A DNA stretch of 55,234 nt from Nitrospirota bacterium (GTDB taxonomy: Bacteria > Nitrospirota > Thermodesulfovibrionia > Thermodesulfovibrionales > Dissulfurispiraceae), in NCBI GenBank assembly GCA_040754455.1, contig JBFMCP010000021.1, forward strand, positions 1-55,234. The letters are read 5' to 3'. This document shows, piece after piece, positions 16,835-25,809 of this stretch (the first letter of the stretch is position 1; every line of letters begins with the position of its first letter). The notes beneath the pieces were generated by a model. It was not told the origin of the DNA. It saw only the letters and a list, made by a program, of their open reading frames with translations, and searched no databases. The position numbers and the translations under genes were made by a program.

Positions 16835-19138
16835 ATGAACATTTCCAGCGGTCTAAAGAGCCTCTTTGAGCGGATATGGACGAAGAATTATTTTATCTTC
16901 TTCCTGTCGATCTGGACGGTTCTGGTTCTTATTTCTGTCACCTGGAACCTCTATCAGGACCACGCGGGGACAACAGAGAAGGCGCGCATCGAGGCGCGGA
17001 CGATCTTTCAGCATAACCTTGCCTATCGTCGTTGGAACGCACAGCACGGCGTCTATGTCGAGATTTCCGATGAGATCCGGCCGAACCCTTATATCGTATC
17101 GCCGAGGCGGGACCTGGTCACTGCTGACGGCACCCAGCTTACTCTGATCAATCCTTTTCAGATGACCCGGCAGGCCTATGAACTGCTCAGCAAGCAATCG
17201 CCGCTGGCTGCCATCAACCGCACCGTCAGCCTGGAGCCGCTTAATCCCGAGAATATCGCCGACGAGTGGGAAAAGGAAGGCATTCAGGCCTTTGCGAAGG
17301 GGGAGAAGGAGGTCAGTGCAATTACCGAGATCAAAGGAAAGCCCTACCTTCGTCTGCTCAAGCCCTACGTAACCGAACAGCCCTGTTTGAAATGCCATGG
17401 CTTTCAGGGATACAAGGCAGGAGATATCCGGGGCGCCATGAGCATTGCCGTGCCGATGGCGCCGTATAATGAATTGGCAACCGCAACGAGAAGGATTATC
17501 CTTCTCACGCATGTGCTCCTGTGGCTCATGGGCGCAGTCACGATCGGACTTCTTTCAAAGGGGATGCAGCGCTACCAGAAGACCATCTCCGAGAATGAGC
17601 GGAAATTCCGTATTGTCTCTGAATTCGCTTACGATTTCGAATTCTGGGTCAAGGAAAACAAGGAAATGGTCTTCATTTCACCATCCTGCGAGCGTATCAC
17701 GGGATACAGTCCGCAGGAGTTTTCCGACAATCCCCGACTTATGTTTGATATCGTCCATCCTGATGACAAGGACATTTACAGAAATCACCTTACCGATTAT
17801 CGGGCGCCGCTCAAGGAGGATCTGGAGTTTCGCATTATCACGAAAGACGGGCAGGTGCGGTGGTTCTCGCATACCTGCAGCCCCATCTTTGTCGACGGAG
17901 AGTTTCTCGGCAGGAGGGGGAGCAACAAGGACATCACCTACCGGAAAAAGCTGGAGGATCAGATCATCCAGTCGCAGAAGATCGAGTCGCTCGGCCACTT
18001 CGCTTCCGGCATCGCCCATGACTTCAACAATCTCCTCTCTGCGATCAACGGCTGCGCCTTCCTGCTTCAGGAAGACCTCCAGAGGCGCAACGATTCCCTC
18101 TCCGAATATACAAAGCAGATCCTGGTCGCTTCGAAACTCGGGAAAAATCTCACCTCGAACCTCCTCGCCTTCGGACGCCGGCAGGTGACTGCCCCGACGA
18201 TTACCACATTGAGCTCGGTCATAAGGGGTCTTTCGGACATCCTGAAGACGCTCAATCCCGAAGATATCGACCTGAGGGTATCTCTCACCGAAGAAGAGCT
18301 CCCTGTTTTTGCGGATCCGAACCAGATAGGTCAGGTGGTCATCAATCTCTGTACCAATGCGAAGGATGCCATGCCGAAGGGCGGTGCACTTGAACTCCGG
18401 ACCAGTCTCCTCCTTCTCGATCAGGAATACGAGGGACGATATGCTGCGGTGCCGCCGGGCAGTTACATGATGCTCTCTGTCCGGGATACGGGTATGGGAA
18501 TCGAACCGGAGAATCTGGACCGCATCTTCGAGCCCTTCTTCACGACGAAGGAGAAGAAGAAGGGCACCGGCCTCGGACTTGCAATCGTGCACAGTATTAT
18601 TATGCAACATAACGGCTATATCGATGTGGAGAGCGCCCCTGGTGCCGGTACTACCTTTAAAGTGTTTTTCCCTACTGTAGAGAGGGAATGCGGCGAAGGC
18701 GTCGCTGCCGACGACGGCGGTTTTGAGCCGCGCAACCAGGCGCAGCAGTTCTCTTTGAGAGGATCCGAAACCATTCTGGTAGTCGAGGATAATGCGCTCC
18801 TGAGGAACTTCCTCGAGACCTTCCTGCAGCATCAAGGATACACTGTGCTTGCTGCCGAGGACGGAGAGGAGGCGATCGCGAGGTTCGCTGAGCACAAGAG
18901 CAACATCGACATGGCGATACTCGATGTCGTGCTTCCCAAAAAGAACGGCAAAGAGGTGTATGAAGCGATCAGGGCGGTGAAGCCCGAGATAAAGGTGCTC
19001 TTCATCAGCGGGCACACCGACAATATCATTGACGGGGCGGGCATCCGGCAGGGGGGACTGGAGTTCCTTGCAAAGCCCCTCGACATGCATACCTTTCTCA
19101 CCAAAGTACAGTCGATGCTCCAGCGTGACCCCGCGTGA
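16835..19138 (+). CDS. Hybrid sensor kinase with periplasmic c-type heme (DUF3365/Tll0287-like) domain, PAS, HisKA/HATPase and REC
   Basis: TM, NP.N.ADEWE, CLKCH heme motif, TM, PAS (HPDD), AHDFNN, C-terminal receiver. Confidence 0.9.
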   Translation: MNISSGLKSLFERIWTKNYFIFFLSIWTVLVLISVTWNLYQDHAGTTEKARIEARTIFQHNLAYRRWNAQHGVYVEISDEIRPNPYIVSPRRDLVTADGTQLTLINPFQMTRQAYELLSKQSPLAAINRTVSLEPLNPENIADEWEKEGIQAFAKGEKEVSAITEIKGKPYLRLLKPYVTEQPCLKCHGFQGYKAGDIRGAMSIAVPMAPYNELATATRRIILLTHVLLWLMGAVTIGLLSKGMQRYQKTISENERKFRIVSEFAYDFEFWVKENKEMVFISPSCERITGYSPQEFSDNPRLMFDIVHPDDKDIYRNHLTDYRAPLKEDLEFRIITKDGQVRWFSHTCSPIFVDGEFLGRRGSNKDITYRKKLEDQIIQSQKIESLGHFASGIAHDFNNLLSAINGCAFLLQEDLQRRNDSLSEYTKQILVASKLGKNLTSNLLAFGRRQVTAPTITTLSSVIRGLSDILKTLNPEDIDLRVSLTEEELPVFADPNQIGQVVINLCTNAKDAMPKGGALELRTSLLLLDQEYEGRYAAVPPGSYMMLSVRDTGMGIEPENLDRIFEPFFTTKEKKKGTGLGLAIVHSIIMQHNGYIDVESAPGAGTTFKVFFPTVERECGEGVAADDGGFEPRNQAQQFSLRGSETILVVEDNALLRNFLETFLQHQGYTVLAAEDGEEAIARFAEHKSNIDMAILDVVLPKKNGKEVYEAIRAVKPEIKVLFISGHTDNIIDGAGIRQGGLEFLAKPLDMHTFLTKVQSMLQRDPA

Positions 19139-19280
19139 ATCTCATCGGCCTGATGAGATGACGATCTGCCCCAAGAGGACAGGTTCCGGCGCCATAATTA
19201 TTGCACAAAGCATTATTTCATATGCATGAAAGATGAGCGGTAATATTGCCCCGTTCCGTCCCCTTCTGATAAACTCATAC

Positions 19281-20780
19281 ATGCCTGATAAACAATTGTC
19301 CCCTCCCGAAACATTGGACGAGCGGCTCTACCAGCTTATCATCAGCAGGCTCAACGGCGACGCTATCGATGATGCAGCATATCGAGGAAAAATCATCGGG
19401 CTGGTCAGAAAAGGGATCGGCGGCTTCATTGTCTTCGGCGGAAAGCGGGAGGAGGTGAAGGAGTTCATCCGCATGCTCCAGTCGCTCGCCGATATCCCGC
19501 TCTTTATCGCCTCCGATATCGAGCGCGGCGTGGAACAGCAGATCAAAGGAACGACGCCGTTTCCCTGCCCTATGGCAGTAGCCGCGGCACTTCACCGGGA
19601 GAGCCCGGAAGATATGGCAGTGCTCGAAGATGCGGTGCGCGCCGTCGCTGAAGAGGCGATCGATATCGGCATCAACATGCCGCTCATTCCGGTCATGGAC
19701 GTCAATCAGAATCCCGATAATCCCATTATCTGCACCAGAGCCTTCTCCGATGACCCTGCAAAAGTAGCACGGCTCGGTACTCGTTATATCAAAGTTCTCG
19801 AGCAGTCAGGACTGATAAGCTGTGCAAAGCACTTTCCCGGACATGGCGATACCTCGACGGATTCGCATATCGCTTTGCCAGTGATTACCAAACCGTATGA
19901 GGACTTGATGGACAGGGATGTGATGCCCTTCATCGAGGCGATCAAGGCAGGGACGAGGAGCATCATGATAGGCCATCTCACCGTTCCGGCACTCGATATG
20001 AAGCCTGCGAGCCTCTCGGGACGCGTTATTACCGATCTGTTGAGGAAAGAGCTTGGCTTTGAAGGACTCGTGCTGACGGATGCGCTGAATATGAACGCGC
20101 TTGATGCGTTCGGCAGGGCCTCTGTCGAATGTATCAAGGCGGGTGCCGATATGTTGCTGCACCCATCTGATGCCGATGCGACGGTTGAGGAGCTGCGGTC
20201 GGCAATCAGAGCGGAACACCTTGGTGAGCGGCAGATTACCGTCGCGGTGAGCAGGATCCTCCATGCAAAGGCAAATCTGGAGAGGAGACCGGGTGCAGAG
20301 GTCGATTACGAGGGGCACCACAGGCTTTCGGTTCAGCTCGTCGAGCGATCGATAACGCTGGTAAAGGATACCCCTGGCCTCCTGCCGCTTTCCGAGAAGG
20401 AGAGGGGCCATCTTATGTATGCCGGGGATACGGTTCATGGCGTATCTCCCTTAAGGGAATATTTCCGGGATGTTGTTCCTCTCGGCGGCGCTGGGCAGTA
20501 TGAGGGAGATACACTCATCGTTGCACTCTTTACCAGCGTTGCCGCATGGAAAGGCTCTTCGGGCATTGATGAGAGCGCGCGGGAATACATCGCCGAATTG
20601 ATCAAGAGATCCCGGAAGTCTGTGGTGATCTCGTTCGGTAGTCCCTATGTTTTGCGCTATTTTAATAAAGCTGGTATACTAATTGCGGCCTACGAGGGAA
20701 CGGGACAGGCGCAAGAGGCGGTGCTTCGATGTTTGAGGGGTGCATCGGATTTCAGGGGACGATTACCGGTGGCCTTTTGA
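19281..20780 (+). CDS. nagZ: GH3 beta-N-acetylglucosaminidase (NagZ-like, with C-terminal domain)
   Basis: IASDIERG, KHFPGHGDTSTDSH, LTDALNM. Start may be 19233 or 19281. Confidence 0.85.
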   Translation: MPDKQLSPPETLDERLYQLIISRLNGDAIDDAAYRGKIIGLVRKGIGGFIVFGGKREEVKEFIRMLQSLADIPLFIASDIERGVEQQIKGTTPFPCPMAVAAALHRESPEDMAVLEDAVRAVAEEAIDIGINMPLIPVMDVNQNPDNPIICTRAFSDDPAKVARLGTRYIKVLEQSGLISCAKHFPGHGDTSTDSHIALPVITKPYEDLMDRDVMPFIEAIKAGTRSIMIGHLTVPALDMKPASLSGRVITDLLRKELGFEGLVLTDALNMNALDAFGRASVECIKAGADMLLHPSDADATVEELRSAIRAEHLGERQITVAVSRILHAKANLERRPGAEVDYEGHHRLSVQLVERSITLVKDTPGLLPLSEKERGHLMYAGDTVHGVSPLREYFRDVVPLGGAGQYEGDTLIVALFTSVAAWKGSSGIDESAREYIAELIKRSRKSVVISFGSPYVLRYFNKAGILIAAYEGTGQAQEAVLRCLRGASDFRGRLPVAF

Positions 20781-20808
20781 CAACTACAGAGCTTAAGGGG
20801 AGCTCGCA

Positions 20809-21054
20809 ATGGACAATTCGTTCAAGAAGCTTTCGGAAAAGTGTTGTCCTCGGTTCGGAGAGATTGCCGTTGAAATGGGTTTCATAACACCTGATCAGCT
20901 CAAACACGCGCTGGCCGAACAGGTGGATGACGATCTTGCCCACAACCCCCATAGAATTATTGGAAGCATTTTCTTTGACAAGGGCTGGATGACGTACCAG
21001 GAGATCGAGATGGTGCTCAAGCAGCTCTTCAAGGAGGCAAAGAAGGCCTCGTAG
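20809..21054 (+). CDS. Stand-alone MshEN-like (putative c-di-GMP-binding) protein
   Basis: RFGEIAVEMGFITPDQLKHALAEQ plus a second repeat IIGSIFFDKGWMT..EIEMVL, matching RLGxxLxxxGxIxxxxLxxxLxxQ. Confidence 0.7.
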   Translation: MDNSFKKLSEKCCPRFGEIAVEMGFITPDQLKHALAEQVDDDLAHNPHRIIGSIFFDKGWMTYQEIEMVLKQLFKEAKKAS

Positions 21055-21134
21055 CTGTCCCTTCATAAAAGGCCGGGAGCGTTTCCCTGAAAAGGATCAG
21101 AGCAGCTTCACTCCATAGCTTACGAACGAGAACG

Positions 21135-22385
21135 ATGCACATTGATTTTTCTCCCTATCTCCAGGTATTCCGCAGCCGTCGTATTTCAACCATTCTGGTG
21201 CTGGGTTTTTCTTCGGGATTGCCCCTTGCTTTGACCAGCGGTACGCTCCAGGCGTGGATGGCGGTCGCCGGTGTGGACCTGCGCACGATCGGTGTTTTCG
21301 CACTGGTAGGTCTGCCGTACACCTTGAAGTTTTTGTGGTCACCGGTGATGGACCGCTTTGTTCCACCCTGGCTCGGAAGGCGGCGTGGATGGATACTCAT
21401 CGCCCAGGCCGGTCTTATGCTCGGCATTGCGGCAATGGGATTCAGCTCTCCCCAGCATACGCCCTGGCTGCTCGGCGCGCTTGCCCTGCTCGTCGCCTTT
21501 ACCTCCGCCTCCCAGGATATCGTCATCGACGCCTACCGCACCGATGTGCTGCATGAAAAAGAGCGCGGCGTCGGTGCGGCGGTGTTTGTTATGGGATACC
21601 GCATTGCGATGCTCGTCTCCGGCGCTGTGGCGCTCATCCTCTCCGACAGCATCGGCTGGCGGAATACCTATCTGCTGATGGCCGGCTTGATGCTGATAGG
21701 CGCAGCGGCAACCCTCCGGGGTCCGGAGCCTGAGGAGCGGGTAGCGCCGCCAAAGACGCTGCAGGAAGCGGTGTGGGGCCCGCTGCGCGATTTCTTCTCT
21801 CGTCGGACCGCTTTGATCATGATGCTCCTGATCATTCTCTACAAGCTGGGCGATGCCTATGCAGGGACCATGACGACTGCTTTTCTCATCAGGGGACTCG
21901 GTTTTTCGGCCACCGATGTGGGGACGATCAACAAGGGGCTCGGATTGGTCTCGCTCCTCATCGGTGCGATGTTCGGCGGCACGCTGATGGTCCGGCTTGG
22001 ACTCTTTCGATCACTCATGCTCTTCGGTCTGCTGCAGGCAATATCCAATCTTTCGTTCATGGTCCTTGCATGGATCGGCAAGAGCTATCCCATGATGATC
22101 TTCGCCATTGCCTTCGAAAACCTCTGCGGAGGGATGGGAACATCGGCATTCGTCGCGCTGCTCATGGCATTGTGCAACCACCGCTACAGCGCTACCCAGT
22201 ATGCGCTCCTCTCTTCACTCGCGGCTCTGGGACGCATCATTATAGCCCCTTCATCGGGATATCTGGTCGAGTCGATCGGATGGGCCCGGTTTTTTTTCAT
22301 CACGACGATTACCGCATTGCCCGGGCTTGCATTGCTGTGGTGGCTGCGCGGGACGGTTGCTGAATTAAAACATGAGAATTCGTAG
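21135..22385 (+). CDS. ampG: Muropeptide MFS permease
   Basis: LGFSSGLP, PYTLKFLWSP.MDR, GRRRGW, SASQDIVIDAYR, ATQYALLSS. Confidence 0.92.
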   Translation: MHIDFSPYLQVFRSRRISTILVLGFSSGLPLALTSGTLQAWMAVAGVDLRTIGVFALVGLPYTLKFLWSPVMDRFVPPWLGRRRGWILIAQAGLMLGIAAMGFSSPQHTPWLLGALALLVAFTSASQDIVIDAYRTDVLHEKERGVGAAVFVMGYRIAMLVSGAVALILSDSIGWRNTYLLMAGLMLIGAAATLRGPEPEERVAPPKTLQEAVWGPLRDFFSRRTALIMMLLIILYKLGDAYAGTMTTAFLIRGLGFSATDVGTINKGLGLVSLLIGAMFGGTLMVRLGLFRSLMLFGLLQAISNLSFMVLAWIGKSYPMMIFAIAFENLCGGMGTSAFVALLMALCNHRYSATQYALLSSLAALGRIIIAPSSGYLVESIGWARFFFITTITALPGLALLWWLRGTVAELKHENS

Positions 22386-22446
22386 CAGGGAGGGAGGGGT
22401 GCGGAAAGCGCGATTAAGTTCCTTTCCGCACCCCTCCCTCCCTGCT
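22384..22446. terminator. Perfect 25-bp inverted repeat between convergent genes (bidirectional terminator or REP-like hairpin)
   Basis: AGCAGGGAGGGAGGGGTGCGGAAAG (22384-22408), 13-nt loop, exact reverse complement (22422-22446). No U-tract. Confidence 0.6.
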
Positions 22447-22453
22447 GGGGATA

Positions 22454-23170
22454 TCATTTCGGTCTTAAAACAATTATTCCCGGCTTGGAAGCTATATAGG
22501 ATATGAAATCCTGGTCGACAACTTTCCTGTATTCTTTCGCCGAAGAGGCGTGGCGGAGATATATATCGCTTCCGCTCTTGATCAAAATGCCGACATGCGA
22601 GACATCAAGTCCTGCACGCGGGGTATAAATGCCGATATAATCACCGGTCTTCAGCTCTTCAACAATCTTGTCATCAATATTTTCCGAAGGGATGATGGAT
22701 AGTCCCCGTTTCTTCGGCGGGATGTCCGGCAGGAACAGCGTCCCGTCTTCCTTCTCATTGAGATATTTCGTGATGTTTTCTGTTTTTTGACGGCCGACCA
22801 TCGACGTGACGTCGTCAACAGCATCCGCATTGAACTCAACCCAATCGGTGAAGAAGTGGTTTCTGGTGCGGTAAGAGATTACACCGTCCTGATAGCGGAC
22901 TCTTACCACATTCTCTCTAAACTCCGCAAAAGAGGTCGCCCGACGAAGGGCCTCGATGTAATCGAGATAGGTGAAACAATCTACGCCTGCAAGATTGATA
23001 ACGAGGATTTCCGGCGTAAGATTGCTGCCGGTCAGCGTTGCTTCTCTGTACGGGGTATCAAGAAATTGTTTCGACAGGAACGCGATGCGCTCGCCGGTAT
23101 CCGCGATCCTTGACGACTCGCCGAGCAAACGTTCCAGATCGGCTTCGGTCCATTTCCCCAGAAGAATCAC
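22454..23170 (-). CDS. DUF1460 / AmiA-like N-acetylmuramoyl-L-alanine amidase (NlpC/P60-related)
   Basis: FLDTPY, DCFTYLDY, RY..G......RNHFFTDW, TGDYIGIY....GLDVSHVG, RHASS. Confidence 0.85.
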   Translation of the reverse strand: MILLGKWTEADLERLLGESSRIADTGERIAFLSKQFLDTPYREATLTGSNLTPEILVINLAGVDCFTYLDYIEALRRATSFAEFRENVVRVRYQDGVISYRTRNHFFTDWVEFNADAVDDVTSMVGRQKTENITKYLNEKEDGTLFLPDIPPKKRGLSIIPSENIDDKIVEELKTGDYIGIYTPRAGLDVSHVGILIKSGSDIYLRHASSAKEYRKVVDQDFISYIASKPGIIVLRPK

Positions 23171-23297
23171 GTTTTCTCCTTACAACTTCCGCTGTTTTCA
23201 GGATTAACTATACCAGATCATCCCGCTCCTTTCAAAGGCGGAGGAATCCGTATCCCGTCATTGCCGGTGCGGGAATTCCCTATGGTATGATAACGTT

Positions 23298-24245
23298 ATG
23301 GACATTATCGATATCCACACGCACGGCATCGGTGGGTACGATACAAGGACCACCGATATCGAACATATTTTGAGGATCGCCGAACTGCAGGGTGCTGAAG
23401 GAGTAACGGCAATTATCCCGACACTCTATCCTGCTCCTATAAAGGTTATGCGCGAGAGTATGCTGCTCGTAAAAAAAGCGATGGAGCGTCAAAAAGACCT
23501 TTCAAATCCCCTCTCTCCTTCCTTTTCTAAAGGGGGGCTGAGCGAGGCAATTGACCCAGCACGTATCGCGGATCGCACATCACGGATCATCGGTGTTCAT
23601 CTCGAGGGCCCGTTTTTAAATCCCTCCAAGTGCGGGGCTCTTAATGCCATGACATTTCTCGAGCCGATAGAGCACCATCTTGAAGAGCTTATTGATGGAT
23701 TCGAGGACGTCGTAAAGATAATCACCCTTGCTCCTGAACTGGAGGGAGCGACGCAGCTGATCAAAAAGCTCACTGACAGAGGCATTATTGTCAGCATGGG
23801 CCATTCCGAAGCTACGTATGCACAGGCAGAGGAGGGATTCAATGCCGGGGCAAAGGGCATTACCCATCTCTTCAATGCCATGAGCGGATTCCATCACCGG
23901 GAGCCGGGACTGGCCGGCTTCGGGCTCATGAACAGGGATGTCTACATCGAAGTTATTGCAGACCCCTATCATCTGCATCCGAAAACACTGGAGTATATTC
24001 TGCGGACGAAGCATCCCGAACGGATTATTATTGTCTCCGATGCGGTCAAAGAGACACATACCCCTTCCGCACGAGAGGGTGTTGTTGACCGGCATGGTAC
24101 GCTCCTGGGAGGCGCTATGACCATTCCCGAGGCCCTCCGGAAATTAACGCAGACGGGGTTTGACGGGGATGCGCTGCTCCGGTGCGTGTCAGAAAACCCT
24201 GTGCGATATCTCAATGTATCGTCACGAGCGACGTATGATGTATAA
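23298..24245 (+). CDS. nagA: N-acetylglucosamine-6-phosphate deacetylase
   Basis: DIHTHG, GVHLEGPFL, TLAPE, GHS.A, THLFNAM, HHREPG, IAD..H. Confidence 0.9.
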   Translation: MDIIDIHTHGIGGYDTRTTDIEHILRIAELQGAEGVTAIIPTLYPAPIKVMRESMLLVKKAMERQKDLSNPLSPSFSKGGLSEAIDPARIADRTSRIIGVHLEGPFLNPSKCGALNAMTFLEPIEHHLEELIDGFEDVVKIITLAPELEGATQLIKKLTDRGIIVSMGHSEATYAQAEEGFNAGAKGITHLFNAMSGFHHREPGLAGFGLMNRDVYIEVIADPYHLHPKTLEYILRTKHPERIIIVSDAVKETHTPSAREGVVDRHGTLLGGAMTIPEALRKLTQTGFDGDALLRCVSENPVRYLNVSSRATYDV

Positions 24246-25731
24246 CGGGTTAGAACCAAAGAAGCTCTTATCCGGAACCGGCAGGCCTTTGCTCCTTCTC
24301 ATATTGCACATCGCATGTTATTTCCTGCTTTTTGCCTGCGCCGTCGATCCGGTAACAGGGCACCGTCAGTTCATGCTCGTCTCCGAGGGGCAGGAAGTGG
24401 CGATGGGCAAGGATCTCTACCCCAATGCGCTCTGGAGTGCGGAGGGGGGAGGAGGGGAGTACCGGGATGAAAAGCTCAAGAACTATCTGAAGGATATTAT
24501 CCTACGTGTTCACGGCGTCTCACACCGGCCCCATCTGCCGGTTGAATTCGCCATACAGAACAGTTCCGCTCCGAATGCCTGGGCTATTCCCGGCTATGTC
24601 GTGATCACGAGAGGGCTGCTTGCAGGGCTCGATAGCGAGGCGGAATTTGCCTTTGTCATGGGACATGAGATGGGGCATGTATCGGCGCGACATTCGGCAG
24701 AGCAGATGACCTCTTCACTGCTCATGCAGCTCGGCCTTGCGGGGATCGGCATCGGCCTGAGCGGGACCGGCTACGCGGATATCGCTACCGGCCTCGGCTC
24801 TGTCGGCGGGAGCCTCGTGCTCCTGAAATACAGCAGGAATCACGAGCTCGAGGCGGACCGGTTAGGTGTTCTCTATATGACCATGATCGGTTACGACCCC
24901 CGTAGTGCAATAAGCGCCCACAGAAACCTCGAGAGGGTTTCACGGGAATACCTCCGTGCACTGGGCGAGGAACCGCAGGAACGGGGCTTTTTCGAAGAGC
25001 TGCTTTCCACGCACCCGAGATCAGCGGTCAGGATTGATGAGATCGAGACCATCATCACTACAACTCCCCGCACACCGCTTCTGGGTGACGGAAAATTCGG
25101 CAGCCGTTTCCAGGAAATGACCGCTGATGTGAGGACAGTCAACAAACTCTATCTCGATTATTATGACAAGGCAGCACGGGCGTTTCAGAAAAACGATCTT
25201 GAGGAGGCCGACTGGCTGGTAACAAAAGCATTGGGCGCCAACCAGAGACAGCCGGCCTTTTACGCGCTCAAGGGTTTTATCAAGTTCAAAAAGAAGGACT
25301 ATGCGGAAGCGGAAGAGAATTTCAATGCTGTGTTGGATCTCGATAAAACGTATGCGCCTGCCTATCGGGGGCTCGGGGCGGTCCGGTATGCAAAGGGAGA
25401 TTATGCTGAAAGCATCCGCTTTCTGAAGCAGGGTCTTGAGCTTTTTCCCCAAGACCTGGTTGCGCAGTACTATGCCGGTATGAGCTACTTCAAGACGAGA
25501 TCGTATCGCCAGGCAATCCGGCATCTGCAGCCCTTTGCCGGGGCGCAACCCAAGCATCCCGAGGTGCACGGCGTACTGGGCATATCCTTTGAGCACTTGA
25601 ATGATATCAAAGCTGCCTACAACGAGTACGTGAAGCAGCTCAAGGTGGCTCCTGACAACGAAATGGGGAGGTACGCCGCCTCGCGTTTGCCGATACTACG
25701 TGCGCTCATCGAGGGACGAAGGATGCGATGA
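24235..25731 (+). CDS. M48-family metalloprotease lipoprotein with C-terminal TPR repeats (BepA-like)
   Basis: Lipobox LLFAC, PNAWAIPG, HEMGH, ELEAD, STHP, TPR tail. Start approximate. Confidence 0.85.
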   Translation: MMYNGLEPKKLLSGTGRPLLLLILHIACYFLLFACAVDPVTGHRQFMLVSEGQEVAMGKDLYPNALWSAEGGGGEYRDEKLKNYLKDIILRVHGVSHRPHLPVEFAIQNSSAPNAWAIPGYVVITRGLLAGLDSEAEFAFVMGHEMGHVSARHSAEQMTSSLLMQLGLAGIGIGLSGTGYADIATGLGSVGGSLVLLKYSRNHELEADRLGVLYMTMIGYDPRSAISAHRNLERVSREYLRALGEEPQERGFFEELLSTHPRSAVRIDEIETIITTTPRTPLLGDGKFGSRFQEMTADVRTVNKLYLDYYDKAARAFQKNDLEEADWLVTKALGANQRQPAFYALKGFIKFKKKDYAEAEENFNAVLDLDKTYAPAYRGLGAVRYAKGDYAESIRFLKQGLELFPQDLVAQYYAGMSYFKTRSYRQAIRHLQPFAGAQPKHPEVHGVLGISFEHLNDIKAAYNEYVKQLKVAPDNEMGRYAASRLPILRALIEGRRMR

Positions 25732-25809
25732 GCGCACGTAGTGGCGGTAGGAAGTGGCGCTTCATACAAAAATGACAATGAAGCGATATTTCTGTTAAAA
25801 TCTCCTGCC

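Noticed and set aside
13205..19090. Long antisense ORFs (e.g. 13205-14344, 15309-15995, 17678-19090) and similar ones opposite ppdK, the MCP, liv and HD-GYP genes
   Set aside because: These are shadow ORFs on the reverse strand of well-supported GC-rich genes, with no recognisable motifs.
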